Positions 13,043 to 27,174 of a DNA stretch of 64,000 bases are shown here, piece after piece. Positions within the stretch are counted from its first letter, which is position 1. Each line of letters starts with the position of its first letter. This DNA is from Adineta vaga (taxonomy: Eukaryota; Animalia; Rotifera), in the NCBI GenBank assembly GCA_021613535.1, contig CP075496.1, positions 248,001 to 312,000 on the forward strand. The letters run 5' to 3'. The position numbers and the translations under genes were made by a program. Below the pieces are notes generated by a model. It made no database searches, was not told the origin of the DNA, and saw only the letters and a list, made by a program, of their open reading frames with translations.

Positions 13043-14538
13043 ATATGATGAATGACCTGAATATATCAATGTATAAGTTAATCACAATTTCAATAAAATC
13101 TAGTTTAAGATACGAACTTGCAAGAATATTTAAGATGATTGGTACTTTGGGAGTCTAATTAAAAACATCTACCAAAGTAACATGGTTTTCGAGAAGATCA
13201 GCTTTTTTGTTATTTTTCCTTTGAAGTCCGACAAATGTCACGGTCCATTTAATATGAATTGAATGATTCTGACGATTTTATTCGTTAATTTTATTTTCTT
13301 TGTCTTTGTTATATTGTTGTATACATAATCTGTCTTTTTCCTCTAATAGTCATATTTGGCGCCAATTCACTGTACTTCGTCGAAATCAAAACTGGTTCTA
13401 TTTCGAACACATGTCTAACATAAAGTCATCGTTTTCATTCATCGGGAAAAAAATAATATTTTATGCTAATCCATCTGGAACTAATGTTCTACAAATTGAA
13501 ATCGTCGAGATGGTATAGACAATTTATTAGCTATAATTTACTTATTTCTAATCTTAAATAAATCTTTTGTACACTTTATAAATTAGATCGATGTAGAATT
13601 GATATTGTAGTTTATCAAGATCAGAGAAGAATAAATAAAAGTGAACTATATTTCGATGTTTAATTTTTTAATTTGTAATGAATAGTTGATGAAGAATTCA
13701 ATGGAAGAAATGAAAAAGAATGTATTTTTTAAATACGGTAAAATAAACTAATCTTATTAATATTGTTTTGATCTATTTACAATTGTTAAATCATCATTTA
13801 GAAATGAGAAAACCTAATTTCATCGATTATTCTATTATCTTTTCATCTATAAAATATGTTAAAGTCAAGATTTATTTACTTTATTTTATTAGAATCTATT
13901 CATTAATTTTCTTTCTACTTTTACCGTAATAGTATAAGATAGAAATATAATCCAAACTGACAGTCGGTTATTATGAATTATTAAAATATTATAATTGATA
14001 TTGAAAAAGTTTTACACCATTTTCGAAAATTCTAAATTTCTATTTATTTGTGTCGAGATGTAAGAGAAAATGAAAAACATTCAAAAGTGAATTTCATGTA
14101 AATATTCGTTTATTTATTGAGTTTTTCCGTGGTATATCGTTTCTAAAATCCTTGAATCTTCTTCAAAATCTTGTAAAGGGTAAATGTGGGCTACTTTTAT
14201 AGAAACCAATGTGTAAGCGCCAATCTCCATTGTATCAAAGATTAACAATCCAGCGATAATAAGAATAATAAACAAAATTAATAGATACTTCTTTTTACTT
14301 TTAGCAAGTAGCTTTTTATTGTTTTAAAAGAATTGATTCAAGGTATTTGGATGAATTTCTATGAAACAAAATAGATATTTTATTTTTGAGGTCTCTTCGA
14401 TGTAATCTGAGCAAGATCAGCAGGACATGATAAATAAATCGATCTCCAGTGATGCTTTGCAAATTCCTTTGATATCGACGAGTCATAACTAAGAGAACTT
14501 GTTGAAATAGGCATTATTCTTGAGTTTGATCTAGGAGT

Positions 14539-15491
14539 CCACCGAGGTCGAACAATCCGGCGCGGAACCGACCGGTTCCAGCATCTCCCGAGGATTTCAT
14601 GGAAGCAGTGTTGCAGACCGCAAATCGTCGGAAGAAATCCGTTCATTTCCGATTGTATCCCACAGGAAAACAGTAGAACAACTCGGAATAAAACCTACAA
14701 ATTCCGCTCAGTACCGAAAACTCGAAAAACCAAAGGAAACGAACAGATCCTGGATAAATTATCCGATGTTTCGGAACCACAGTTTTCCGTATTATTCCGG
14801 CAGTTTTTTTTCGTCTATCGATCTACAATTCCGGAAACGAAAACGATCCGAAATCCCACCGTCATCACCACTCACTAGCACTGCCTACGAATCCGCATCA
14901 TTCTATTACAAATTTATCTGTGGATTAAAATCGGACTTTTAATCCTCACTTAGCAAGATTTGTACGATAATTTAAAACTTCATCAGGCCACTTTTCTGCT
15001 AGAACTTTTCAGAGGATTAAAAATCCGATTTTAATCCTCTCAAAAATCTTATTGAGATTTGCGAAGAGTGGTTGTTGTGGCAGGATTTCGTGGGTTTTCT
15101 TCGGCTTGGCGTGTTTCCGAGCGGAAACGGAAGGAATGTTCAGCACCCGTTTGTTCGACTTTTATCGTTTCCGGTTGTCGGAACCGTGTGCATGGGTGCG
15201 GATTTATTCAGAATGCATAGGAATTTGCGGGATAGTTCCGATACATTTGGATCCTGATGATTCGGTAGTTTTTTCCCGTGTGGTTCTGGTACGATACGAT
15301 GAGTGATAATGGATTTTATTGGTTTTGGTTTTTGGGATATTTATGGTTATGATGCGATCCGTTTGGAAACTGTTGGTAGGTTTTTTTGGATTTAGGGGGA
15401 TCCCTGTCCGAAGTTTTCCGGTCTGGAATACTGCTTCCGATTTCCTGTGATGTTCCTTGCTGGTTCTGGGAGGATCTGTTCGGAACGGGTA
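14539..15491. mobile_element. Non-autonomous foldback/MITE-like element with long imperfect inverted arms
   Basis: GC-rich, TTCCG/CGGAA-rich island. GGAAGCAGTGTTGCAGACCGCAAA (~14601) is inverted relative to TTTTCCGGTCTGGAATACTGCTTCC (~15414). Confidence 0.55.
14921..15040. mobile_element. Small MITE with self-palindromic inverted termini, nested in the foldback element
   Basis: GGATTAAAATCGGACTTTTAATCCTC versus GAGGATTAAAAATCCGATTTTAATCC (inverted, 1 mismatch). Confidence 0.55.
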
Positions 15492-15846
15492 CTTGTAATT
15501 TATGCAACCAACACAACCACCCAACTTTTTGAGATACCATGGCGGTGCTCTCCACAACCACCCACAGCTTGATGAGTTATGCTCATAACTGCCTACACTC
15601 ACCGACTTTAAAAGGAACTTAGAGAAAACAAACCGCCAACAAACATAAAAAAATGGACCCCTTCAACACAACCATCCAAAATCTCTCCTATAGTCTTCAC
15701 AAACATCACTGTGGGTGCCCACAACCACCCACAGAATTACATAATCTATTTATTTATGCATGACTGAAATGTATTCTCAGTTATATTTATGGAGGAAACA
15801 TTCGAAAATATAAAAAGGCCGCTAAAATAAGCTAAAAGAGATAAAA

Positions 15847-15911
15847 ATCTTGAGGGTGTGGGTGTAGATTAATAGCATAGCCTGACACCCACCCACACCC
15901 ACACCCTCAAC
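15847..15911. repeat. Telomere-repeat palindrome
   Basis: ATCTTGAGGGTGTGGGTGT-spacer-ACACCCACCCACACCCACACCCTCAA. Confidence 0.85.
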
Positions 15912-16369
15912 AAACAGTATGTGTTGATTAAAATAGTGAATTAAAATCATTGATTGCTTCATCATCTATTTATTAATAAATATGTATTTTTATATCATAA
16001 ATTTACTTTGTGTTCGAGTAACAAATAATAATGATGAACTTTTCTTCATTTTTAATATCTTTTAGAAATAAAAAAAATTCCAACAAGCCAGAAGTTACAT
16101 CTTTATATTTCACTCTATTTTTTCAATAGAATATAAGAAATTGCAAATAATTGCACTATATGCTTATATTGACCTAATGACCGGACAAAAAATGAATGAG
16201 AAAAAACATTTTAAACAGAGAGAAAATTATATTATCTATTCATTATCGTCTAATATTATGGCATCAACACACGTCTCTCATTGATCTCGTCGACGCCAAT
16301 GACTAAACAAAGACATATATATATATGTATGTATCAAGACATCGTGTCTATTAATTCTCATTATTAGAG

Positions 16370-18087
16370 ATGGACGCGTCAAATACCAGTAATAATACTC
16401 TATATGATTTACCTGATGAAATATTACTTGAGATTTTTAATAAGTTGAATATGATTGATGTACTCTGCTCATTAGTTGATGTTAATAAACGATTTAATCG
16501 ATTAATACTTGATCCTTTTTATATTTCTAATCTTGATATGAGTATTAAAAGTTCATTGCTTGAACGAACTTCTCGATTAGATATTGAAAAGATTGGTAAA
16601 TTATTCAAAAAAATCTTACCGAGAATTTCTGATCATATACAGAAACTTGCTATTCCATCATGTTCAATAGAATATATTATTAATATTGATTATCCTCAAC
16701 TTTACTCTTTAACGCTCGTCAATGTTGAACCACAAAAATTATTGGAACATTTAACAGGTAATATTCATTGTTCAATTTGATCATTAGAACATTAAAATTC
16801 ATCTGAATAATTAATGATTAATTTTTTTCAAATTTTTGTGTTATAGAAGAAACAACTGTTTTTCATTTATTAAATAATCAAATTAGACATCTTCGGGTCG
16901 ATATTCTTTCTGATCAAAATGAATCAAATATATTTTTACTGATATTAAATGTGGGCAAACATTTAACTGATATGATGTTTCATCATCGATTTTCATCTGA
17001 ATGTCTAGGAAATACAAGTTTTGATCTATCACGAAGTCATATATCGTCAACTTTAACAAAATTAACTATTAATGTAACATCATTCGATGATTGTTTTTAT
17101 CTTCTCGATGGACGTCTTGAATATTTAACTATATTAATTATTGATATAAAGAAAATCAGCTATTCGGCATTAACCATTAATAATACGGTAATTACTAGTT
17201 CAATATTGTGTGATAAAAAAACCAAAGTCTAATTATCTCTTCTATTTTTACAGGTAAAACTTTTCAAATTGAAACAGTTTTCATTAACATCACATCGTTT
17301 AACTCATTATTATGATTATCAAGTGGTTCCATTACTTCGTCGAATGATAAATATCGAAAATTTAACATTGTTTCTTCATGTAATTAGAACCGATTCAGCT
17401 TATATTGATGGAACTGATTTATATAAAGATGTTCTTGATTTTATGCCACAACTTGACAGATTTATTTTCAGTATTAATACTGAGGTTTTCACCTTTGATA
17501 CCGAGCTTGTATTTCCATCAAATGATGATATTCAACAGAGCTTCATTAAAAAAGGAAATCGACGTATTAGTTCACATGTTTATAATAGAATAGAACAGAT
17601 GAATGGTAAATGTCATATTTATTCACTTCCATATCAATTCGAAACTTATCTCCTGATGATCAATTCTTTTGATGATGGTGTATTTGATAAAGTTCGATCA
17701 ATAACAATGATTGATTCATATCCATTTGAACATGATTTATTCAAAAATACCTTTCAACATTTTCCGTTTGTTCGAAACATAACTTTGATTAATTCGAAAG
17801 CACAAAAGAATAAGAAACACCCATCTACATTGATCACATTTCCACATCTTGAGAAATTGGATATTACGAATGCACATATTGATTATGCTGAACACTTTCT
17901 CTCTGAAAAAAAGATTCGTTTACCTTGTTTGTTGGAACTTCACATCGCTTATGAAACATTAATAATAGTCACAAACAATTTTACTAATGATTTAGGACGT
18001 TATAACTGTTCTCATGTAAGACATCTTATTACAAATGAATTATATGTTCGCTCTAAAGATTTTTATTTGTATTTTCCTTTATTATAA
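16370..18087 (+). CDS. F-box protein with degenerate LRR-like C-terminal region
   Basis: F-box motif LYDLPDEILLEIFNKL..VNKRF. In-frame exons 16370-16757, 16847-17187, 17254-18087. Confidence 0.85.
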
Positions 18088-19257
18088 ATATAGATTTTTA
18101 TTATATGTGTTAATATATAAGGAAATACTCCATAATTTCGAATTTCCTCATATAATTCAGACTTGTCGTTTATTAAAATCATCGAAATTCATTAGTTTTT
18201 CAACAATAAACTTTGTCTAATCAAGATAAAATGAAACGCTTGTTAAATCTTGATTTAGACTATTTGTAGTATATTAATTTGGACTAAGAATGAACAATGA
18301 TATATAACTGTAGGATGTGACGATATTGTCTTCGATTAAGATGTAGTAAAAAAAAATTAAACAAAAAAGTCAGTAAGAAGAAAAGACGGGTTTGAATCAT
18401 ATGACAAATGGAGCATCTATTTATTTCTATTCTTAGTGATTGATATAATATATTAATCACAAACAATTGTGAGTAGAGTTAACTTGAATTGAAATTGAAT
18501 AGAAGATATTTCCTACGAAGAATAGTTTGTAAAAAAAGAAGTATATGAGTCAAATTGATACACAAAATCTTTTAAGATGATATTTATGTATTAATTCGCT
18601 GTAAAGCATTTTCAATTGATACTGTGAAAACTGATTATATTGATTTTCATGTAATTTAACAATTAAACAAATACTGTCTTTATCATGACGAATAGAACTA
18701 CCTTACTTTTTATATGAATACCAGCTATTTTAATAAATTGATGAAAACGATAAATAACCTCAATATTTTATTGATGGAGATCAACATTAACTAGTTGAAA
18801 AATATGTTCATGATAAGTATGATTAGCAAGACAGCAAGTTAAAGAGATTGAAAGAGCAGTATTTCCATGATTATTAAGTATAATATGAATAGATACGTAT
18901 TATCGATTATCAAGTTCATTACCTTTTTATTTTCTAATGTTAATTTATTAGATATTTAGATATTTAGATGTAGATTTATTTTTATTTGAATTACAATTAT
19001 TATTTAATTGATAAAATACTGATTTAATTAAATAAAGACGAAGTTTATCAGTATACTTATAAAGTTATTTTGTCTATTCGATTTTTCATCCTGTGGCTAT
19101 ATCTCGTGATGTTTATTATTTTCTAGTATGTTGCCCTCGATTAGTCCATCTGTCTTTTTCTTCAAATTATAAAACACGTTGTTTACAGAATAATGTACAT
19201 ATATAAGATACACCTTTTATTCATTCTTTCTAGATAAAAAAGAAGTGAATCGACAAG

Positions 19258-20605
19258 ATGGCCGGTAACCGTAGTGAATATGTAGATATACAAAATCAAG
19301 TGAGGAAAACAGAAAGTTGACTTTTTAATAAATATTTATTTATAATAGGTATCTGAACTTATTATGGATGAAATGGGACTGGCATTTCAAATGGCCGATA
19401 CTTTAAATAAAGATAAAAAAATTGATATCTCGTGTGAAATGACACAAGCTCATTTAATAGGGCTTAAAGTAAATGAACTTAATCAACAATTAATTGGTGA
19501 ACACGAAAATTCTGGTAAACATGAAAATTCACGTAAACCACAATTAGAAACAATGTTTTCAGGTAAAATATTTTTTATTTATGATTTCATATTGTGAAAT
19601 ATATTTTTAGTTCATTCAAATCAGTTAAATTGGCAATCGTTGAGAGTTTTGTTCGATGACAATAAGTATTTATTGTTTTTTTATTGAATCATAAAGTATT
19701 TGATTTTCATTTTTTTTTCGTCTACTTTAGTGCTGAACTATCATTAAAATGTATTGAAATGCTCATGGCATGTACAAAGTTTAGCAAGGAAAAAATTCGT
19801 GATTGACATTCTCGTTTATTACATGAATGGTAAATAAACATATGCTTTTCTTTTTCTTTGATTCGAGTTTGTTTTTTTTAATTTTAGTCCAAATGGTAAA
19901 CTGTCAAGAAATCAACTGATTCAAAATTGTGAACAGTTATTTCCAAATGGTAAAGCAAAAGATTTTTGCAAATATGCATTTGCTGTATTTGATCGTGATA
20001 ATACTGGAACAAGTAAAAATAAGTTTAAATATTATTATTTATAATTAAGTTTTTTTTTTCTTCTATCGAAGTTGAGTTTTATGAATTTGTACTCGCAATT
20101 GGATTAACACAATCAAATGATTTTATTTTACGTTTTGGTATAGCATTTGATATGCACAATTACAATGATATTGAAACAAGTAAAGATTTATTTATTTATT
20201 TTCTTTATCTCACAAAAAACAAATATTTTGATTTTTAGTGGATGTAAATGAATTGACTAAAGCGATTACTGTAAGTTTAACGATTAAATTTAATTAGAAA
20301 TAAAGATTTTTTATTTATAAGACTTTGTATGATCTTAATGGTGTAAGTGATCGTAAAGGTAAAATAGTTTTAATTAAGAAAAAATAATTAAATAAATAAT
20401 TCTTTTATTATATTTAGATGATCGTGATCCAAAACATCGTGCTGAAGAAATTATTCGTATATGTGATGTTCCTGATAATAAAATAACACGAAAGAAAGTG
20501 AGTGATAAAAGCTTAAACTATTAAAATAAGAATATTTTTGTTTAGTTTATATATACATGCAAAGATGATCCTGTTCTTTGTCGTTTACTTATTCCAGATG
20601 TTTAA
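19258..20605 (+). pseudogene. Neuronal calcium sensor/recoverin-like EF-hand gene with an in-frame TGA
   Basis: Many small exons giving ...TKFSKEKIRD*HSRLLHECPNGKLSRNQ...FPNGKAKDFCKYAFAVFDRDNTGT...CKDDPVLCRLL. TGA at 19804-19806 sits at the conserved Trp position. Confidence 0.65.
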
Positions 20606-21754
20606 TTAAACAAATATGATTATATGAAATGAACATTTGATTAAAACATTTTCTTTTTTGTTTCAGTTTTTCACTTATATGTGTGATATTATTATGTTGT
20701 GATTGCTCAGCTTTCTGTTCATTTAGTCTTTTATTTTATCTATAGTTAATAGACTTTTTGCCTCAACAGATCCAGATTAACATAACTTTCTTATTGTCTC
20801 GAAAAGTGAAATTTAATTTGCAACACTTTCTTTCTCATCACAATGTTATTTTACTAATCAATTGTTATTCTACACATGTATTTACATTCTATCTTGTTAG
20901 AGAGAGAAGGTAATGATAGCATAAGTGAGTGGAAATCAAAATGATTTAATATATTACAAAGATTGAACATTTATTTGACGCATGACTAGAAATAAATATT
21001 GAAAAGGAAAATAAAAGAATATTTATATTTAATATGCTTCACTATCATTCTATCGTTATATTTTGAAATTAATTCATTACTGTATTTTCTTTACGTTTTG
21101 TTGATTTTCTTACGGATTTATTTTGAAGTATTACTATTTGTTTTCATGGTGTTAGGTATTCTGTCTTCTAATATGATGTTGGTAACATATCAATAAAACG
21201 ATTATTTTTATTCGCATATTTACAAAGGAGATATATCATATTTCGTAATTTACGATACTGTATACGTACCTTAATAGTAGAAAAGTACGATGCTACCTCC
21301 ATGAACGATGTACAAATTGAGTAGCCGCTAATTTATTGTTAGAATATTAGTAACAATAAAAATACGGTAAAAAAGACTAAATTGAGAGGACTGAGTTTAA
21401 TAATAATCAATGAGTTCTGCTTATTTGTCAATATATATATAATACTCGTAGTATGGGTATAATTTCTGATAACCTAGATGATATTGTATGACGTGCTTAC
21501 AAACAAGTGTTACAAGAGAGAACGAGATAATTTTGATGATAATCAGCAGAACGACGACATAGCATTTCATCTGGTAGTTTCAAAGGTTTAACTAGGCATT
21601 TAAGATATTTTTATTAGTTTTCTCTTTCATGCATTGATTTTAATAATCAAAATAAATATTTTTAACCTGTTCTATTCTTTTTTTTCTTTATTTGTTTATT
21701 TTTGCTGATGATATAATATATTACGCTCGATTATGTGATCATTTTCTTTTCTAT

Positions 21755-21815
21755 AGGGTGAGGATGGGTGAGAGTGTCGATCATATCTCTAATTTCACAC
21801 CCTCACCCTCAAGAT
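21755..21815. repeat. Telomere-repeat palindrome
   Basis: AGGGTGAGGATGGGTGAGAGTG-spacer-CACACCCTCACCCTCAAGAT. Confidence 0.75.
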
Positions 21816-22101
21816 GAAGTGTTGATATATTCTGTTTGTGTTTATCCGACATTATCTACATCTCACCAGAGATAAGCTTTAAAGTCATTTTAAGATCGAT
21901 TCGTGTGTACAGAATCAAAATTAAATCGTGTTTTGAAGTCAATTTATTATTTTAGTTCGAATGGCAGTTCTTTGGGAAGCACTATAACATTAATTAGGGT
22001 TTCGAAAAACTAACATTTGATTCGTGGTCCTCGATCTCGAATATCCTTTGGTCAGTAACTTTCACATGAGTGTTGATATGTTTTTACTGATTTAAAAAAT
22101 G

Positions 22102-22158
22102 TTTCAGAAAAGGGAACATAATGAAAATAAATAAGGTATCGTATTCCCTTTTCTGAAA
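22102..22158. repeat. Perfect 15-bp inverted repeat (hairpin/mini-MITE)
   Basis: TTTCAGAAAAGGGAA ... TTCCCTTTTCTGAAA. Confidence 0.65.
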
Positions 22159-22181
22159 GAAAGGGTTATATGCTTCTTAAA

Positions 22182-25100
22182 CAAGGTTCCGAATGGAAAT
22201 CAAGAACAAAATGTTTTTGTACACGTTGTTTTATGTGGCAAAATGTAAATGTACACTATGCTTTCGAAAGTAAAGTGTATAAAGTGTACAGATTGGATTA
22301 AATTATTTTATCTAGAAAAATAAAGAAATGTTCAGTTTCAATTTATTGCTAATGTAGGATAAATAAATAATACTAAATAAACAAAAATATATGCATAATT
22401 TTTCAAACTGACACAAGTTGAAAAAATGTTCCCGAAAAAGTACATGATAAAACTAGTCAAAGAAAAACAAAAAACTAGATATTTAACCATTTGATGAGAA
22501 CAAACATTAACATAACTCAATCAAAATCTTCTTTTTCATTTTCACTTTCATTTTCTTCATGATGCATATCAACGTGATCTTCACAAAACCAAGTTAAATC
22601 CACATTTATACCAAGTTTGATTCTGCAATAATTGCATAACCATCGGGAACAGTTCTCGTTGAAATCGATCCATTGAAATTGTTCGTTTTGATGACAGCAC
22701 TGTATAGCTTCATTTTGCTTTGGATCAGTTGCAGAAACTTCTCGTTTACAACCATTAGCACCTAGAAGAGAGATGAAAAATACCAAAGTGTATAGAAAAT
22801 ACGTTAACTTACATTTTACATATTTCGATTTTTTTTGCTTTTTATTTTTCATCATTTGTAATTCAAGATCTTCTCGACGTCGCTTGGAAACTGATCGAAT
22901 CTGTTTATGTGGTGTATAGTCATTCGGTACATCTATTAATATCTGAACTTGGTGTAGACGACGGTTTTGATCTCTATCATTCCAAGATTCAAAAGCTTTT
23001 GTAACAACTTGTTGACATCTCGAGCTAGCAACAAAAATTGATAAATGATCATGATACTTTTTCAGTTTACCTTCTCACATCATCGGTTAACAACATACGC
23101 ACAGTCATTAACATATCTAACGTAGTAATTTTTAAACATGATCTTCCAATTGTTTGAATACGATTAACAGCAGAAAACTAGAAATATACAAAAAAGACAG
23201 CATAATAAGACGTGAAGTATAAAAAAGATGCAATATCTTACGTACTCCTCTTTCACATTCGGCAGAATTTGTTGGTGAAATTAGACAGATATTAAGTAAT
23301 AGTAAAATGTTTTTATATTCATCCAAAAAGTGACTACTAGTCGAGACTTTTAAAGCAACAAAATCTTTCCAAAATGTTTTAACAGACTGATTAGCACCGA
23401 AATTATTTGTAAAATCATTTAATGGTTGTTTCAAAGACTCCCATTCATTACGAACGAGATTTGAATCAAAACCAGGAAATTTTTTGTATTTGTGACTGAT
23501 AAAATCAAGTTCACCTCGACCATAATTAACACTACCAATACTTCTTTTATTTGTCATTAAACATTGTGGATCAAATAATATAGATAAACTTTCTAGAAGT
23601 TTAGATGGAACAAATCGTCGATCTAATTCATTTAGAAGACGATGAACATGTTCGGAACAATTCTTAAAAAATTTTTGACGATCACCAATATTCAATTTAA
23701 AACTACCATATAATTGTGCAGTTGTTGATTGAACATAATCAGATAATGCAGGACCAACTGTTGATGTCGTCAAACATTTCCAATTTTCTAATATTTTTCT
23801 TCTTTCATCGACGTTTTCCATTAAAGTATAATACGTAAGCTTGTCATGCTGCATTATTTTCGTTAATGGACCTGAAATAGTCTCAGCAGTACAGTTAACG
23901 GTGAATTATATTACGAAAGAATGATATACTTACCAAGAATTGTTTCATGAAGATCATACTGAAAATGTAAAGAAAACAAGAATTCATCGTTCAAAGCAAG
24001 TTTTAATAAATCTTGTGCTGATTCACGTTCAGCAAGAGACAAATTGAAATCAGTTGTTGTTTCTTGAAGATAAGCTAATAATGATTGACTACCTAAGGAA
24101 AAGAAATTTATACAAATTTTTACTTGACTATTTTATAATAGTATATCAGGTTGTACATTCAAAATAATAGGTTTTATACATCCTTGTATTGAAGACCACT
24201 TTATATCGAATATTTTTTTGAATTTTAATTCCGAAATTTCCAAAAAATTTTGCCACTGTTTAAACTTGAATTGACGAGAACTGCTTCGACTAAAGTAATT
24301 GTATATTTTGCTAATCGTGTTTTCGAAATTCAAAATGGATTCATAAAGAACAGGTGATTGATTACCTATAATGAATGTAAAAATTTAAACTATTAAGTTA
24401 CTAATATAAAAGAACTTACGATGAACTTTTGGTTGATAACATGCTTGGCTACCAACTAAACAAAACGTATGTGCAGCACAAGGGTTTAATTCCAACCATT
24501 CACAATCAAATTGACGACGAAGTTTAGCTACAACACCTTCATTTACTCCTAAAAGTATAGAGCATAAAAACATATTATTTAATTAGATAATGATAATATA
24601 TTCACCAGTAAAAGTGCTTGCGTTGCCTGTTGCTAACCAGCAACTTTTTGATGGGTTTATATCATCCTTTTTCCATAAACAATGAAGACATTGAACAATA
24701 TTACCTGCTGTACCATTTCCCTCCAAATCAATCCATCCATAGTAGGCAGTTTTTTCTTCAAAATTATCAATATATCGCACGAACACAATACAACTTTTTT
24801 CAGTTGTACGAGACGTAGTCTCGTCCAACATCCAGCCTGCAACAAAATAATACAATAATATATTGAACAAAAATACTTAATCAAGTTATCATACCAATTA
24901 CTGGACTTGATTGTATTTTCTCGACAACTTCTTCATGTAAATAATTAGCTATATGATACAAAAATCCTATAGCAGCATCACTATTACGATATGAAACACC
25001 AGATACTTGAGCAGGTAATAACTGCACATCTAATTTTTCCAATAAATTACATAATGGTTCAATAGAAGATAATGAACAGTCTTCTTGAGTTAAATAAATA

Positions 25101-26507
25101 CAAGAAAGCATCAAGTTTTGTATTGCCTGCTCTTGCTTCTCAACCTCTTTTTGTTTTGTCACATGCCAGTCTGGTTGTGATCGAGAAGACACTAATATTT
25201 CTTGAGATTCTGCATATTTATGAACTTCACTGTTTTCTTTGTGTTGCTTGATTTTATCAAGCGATAATGTTTTCATACCGATAGTACACCAAACATTGTC
25301 TTTGCCTATCTAAAGAATTATTCTTTTACTAAATTCGTTCAAAAACAATCAAAATCTTCCAGCGATTACAGAATGCATCTCAACATTATAAATAAAAACA
25401 GTTTTTTTTAACTATCACAATTTACCGTTTGTGTTTTTTCGTTTTCCATATTTTTTTGCATAAAAGACAATACATGGCATCATTTTCGAAGTATAACCAA
25501 CATGTACATGATTCACGTCTACCACCAAGTTCATCATAGACGTAAGTTTTAAATTGTGCTTCAGGTGTTTGTTCCCATTTACGCAAATATTGAGCACGAT
25601 GATTTGTTCTCGGAGATGTTGGAAACTGTTTTGTAGCATCTTTATCAATAACAAAAATGCAATCATGCAAATTAAAATCTTTTGAGGTCACTATCTTTAC
25701 TTTCAATAATAATTTCAAACTCTCCATTACCTGTCAATGGAGTAGATGTTGAAGAACAACATGGTGATTCAATAGAAACTGATGATGATGAGAGACAAGG
25801 TGTTGGATCAACTAAAGCTGTTGCTGATGATGAATCACGTGCTGAAACAACTGAAACTGCTTCTGATGATGATAGACCACGTGTTGAATTAATTGAAGCT
25901 AATGATGATGTTGAAAGACCAGGTGATGGATCAACTAAAGCTGATGAACCACATACTGACGCAACTAAAACGGATGATGATGATGAAGAATCACGTGCAG
26001 GTGTAACTGAAGCTAATGACAATGAAGAAATACGATTTGATACTGAATTTGCATTTTTACTCCACAATTTAGATAATTTAATCTGAGTTTTACTCATCTA
26101 AAATAGACAAAATAAAAAAAAACTTATTATGCATATAGTAATAATAAAAGTTGGAACAACAATAATTCATTCATGTTCGTGTCATGTATCTTTAAAACAG
26201 ATTAGAACAAAGATTATTTGTATTCGTAATAGAGCGAAATGAAAAAAAGTCATCGGATCATTCGTAGAATTGATCGGAAGAGGTCACTCTCAGTATCAGT
26301 AGTATTTTATCCTTCATTAATAAGAATATCAAAATGAACGAGATACAATTGATCTGTCGATAAAAAACAAAATGTAAATTTTTTTAGCAAAGTGTAGTGT
26401 GTACACGCTGTTTTCGACAACAACGTGTAAAACAGAGTGTATTCTAAATATTGCAAGTGTTCCGTACATTCTGATTCTGCTTGGTAAACTTGCTATTCGG
26501 AACTCTG
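22182..26507 (-). mobile_element. Full-length hAT-superfamily DNA transposon
   Basis: Imperfect TIRs CAAGGTTCCGAATGG / CTATTCGGAACTCTG. Perfect 8-bp TSD TTCTTAAA at 22174-22181 and 26508-26515. Encloses a transposase gene. Confidence 0.9.
22517..26097 (-). pseudogene. Intron-rich hAT transposase (ZNF862/DUF4371-like) with N-terminal Zn finger and C-terminal Cys-rich finger; apparently disabled
   Basis: Motifs WLY..MYCLLCKK, LDETT, ATGNAS (Asp expected at G), CAAH, KWSS, PTNSAECERG|FS. +1 A frameshifts near 25682 and 25452. About ten short GT-AG introns. Confidence 0.8.
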
Positions 26508-26970
26508 TTCTTAAATAGGGTCGTTAAAATGCTTGAAGTTTGTTTGTTTGTCCAAGCCAATCAGGTGAAAGCAGCGTATAAATCGATGAAAACTTACCCC
26601 TGGTCATCGGACAACGATTCGTCATATGTAATCGAGATCGAGGAATACGAATCTTGGGTTCCCTTCCCAAAAATATTTTTCTATGAACCATAATTAATTA
26701 ATTGTTATTTCTTATTTGTCTAATCCAGTCCGATTGCAGCAATATAAAAATTCATGAAAATTTACTAATAATCATCTTTATATGATTTACCCAAAAGTAA
26801 TCAAAGTCGAGGATTTCAAATCTGATTTTAGCTTTTCATAATTCTAATCAATTATTATAATTATTGCGAAACTGAAAATAACCTGTTATTAAGCATAAAA
26901 GAAAAGATTCTGACCGTGAATTCTTTAATGAAGCTACTGGGTTAATTGAAGAAATGTTTTTTCAGTAGAA

Positions 26971-27174
26971 GTTGAGGGTGTGCGTCTGCAAGGGGGAAAA
27001 AGCAGATCCTGGATACCCAAATCCTATAAAACTTTCGGACCCTCATGGGTTATCATTGGTCATCATGAACTGTGTGATCGCAGGAACTATGAGGATCCAG
27101 GATCCGCCTTTTCTCCTTGTGTGGATGTATTTATGTGCGTACTCTGTCAAGGAACAATTACACCCACACCTTAT
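26971..27174. repeat. Telomere-repeat palindrome interrupted by a MITE
   Basis: GTTGAGGGTGTGCGT [MITE] TGTGGATGT-spacer-ACACCCACACCTTA. Confidence 0.65.
26989..27119. mobile_element. MITE with CAAGGGGGAAAAAGCRGATCCTGGAT termini
   Basis: ~26-bp imperfect TIRs. Same family as 62342-62570. Confidence 0.8.

Noticed and set aside
14380-15602. Several short overlapping ORFs
   Set aside because: They arise from the GC-rich foldback repeat and have no domain motifs or splice structure.
19804-19806. TGA at a conserved Trp as stop-codon recoding or selenocysteine
   Set aside because: Other genes use TGG for Trp and TGA as stop, no SECIS is evident, and the EF-hands are also degenerate. A nonsense mutation is simpler.
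25440-25690. Programmed frameshifting in the transposase
   Set aside because: Both shifts are single extra bases in A-runs, as are those near 2530 and 2575. Decay or homopolymer sequencing error is more likely.
25682-26086. Acidic 134-aa plus-strand ORF
   Set aside because: It is the antisense shadow of the Ser-rich repetitive N-terminus of the transposase.
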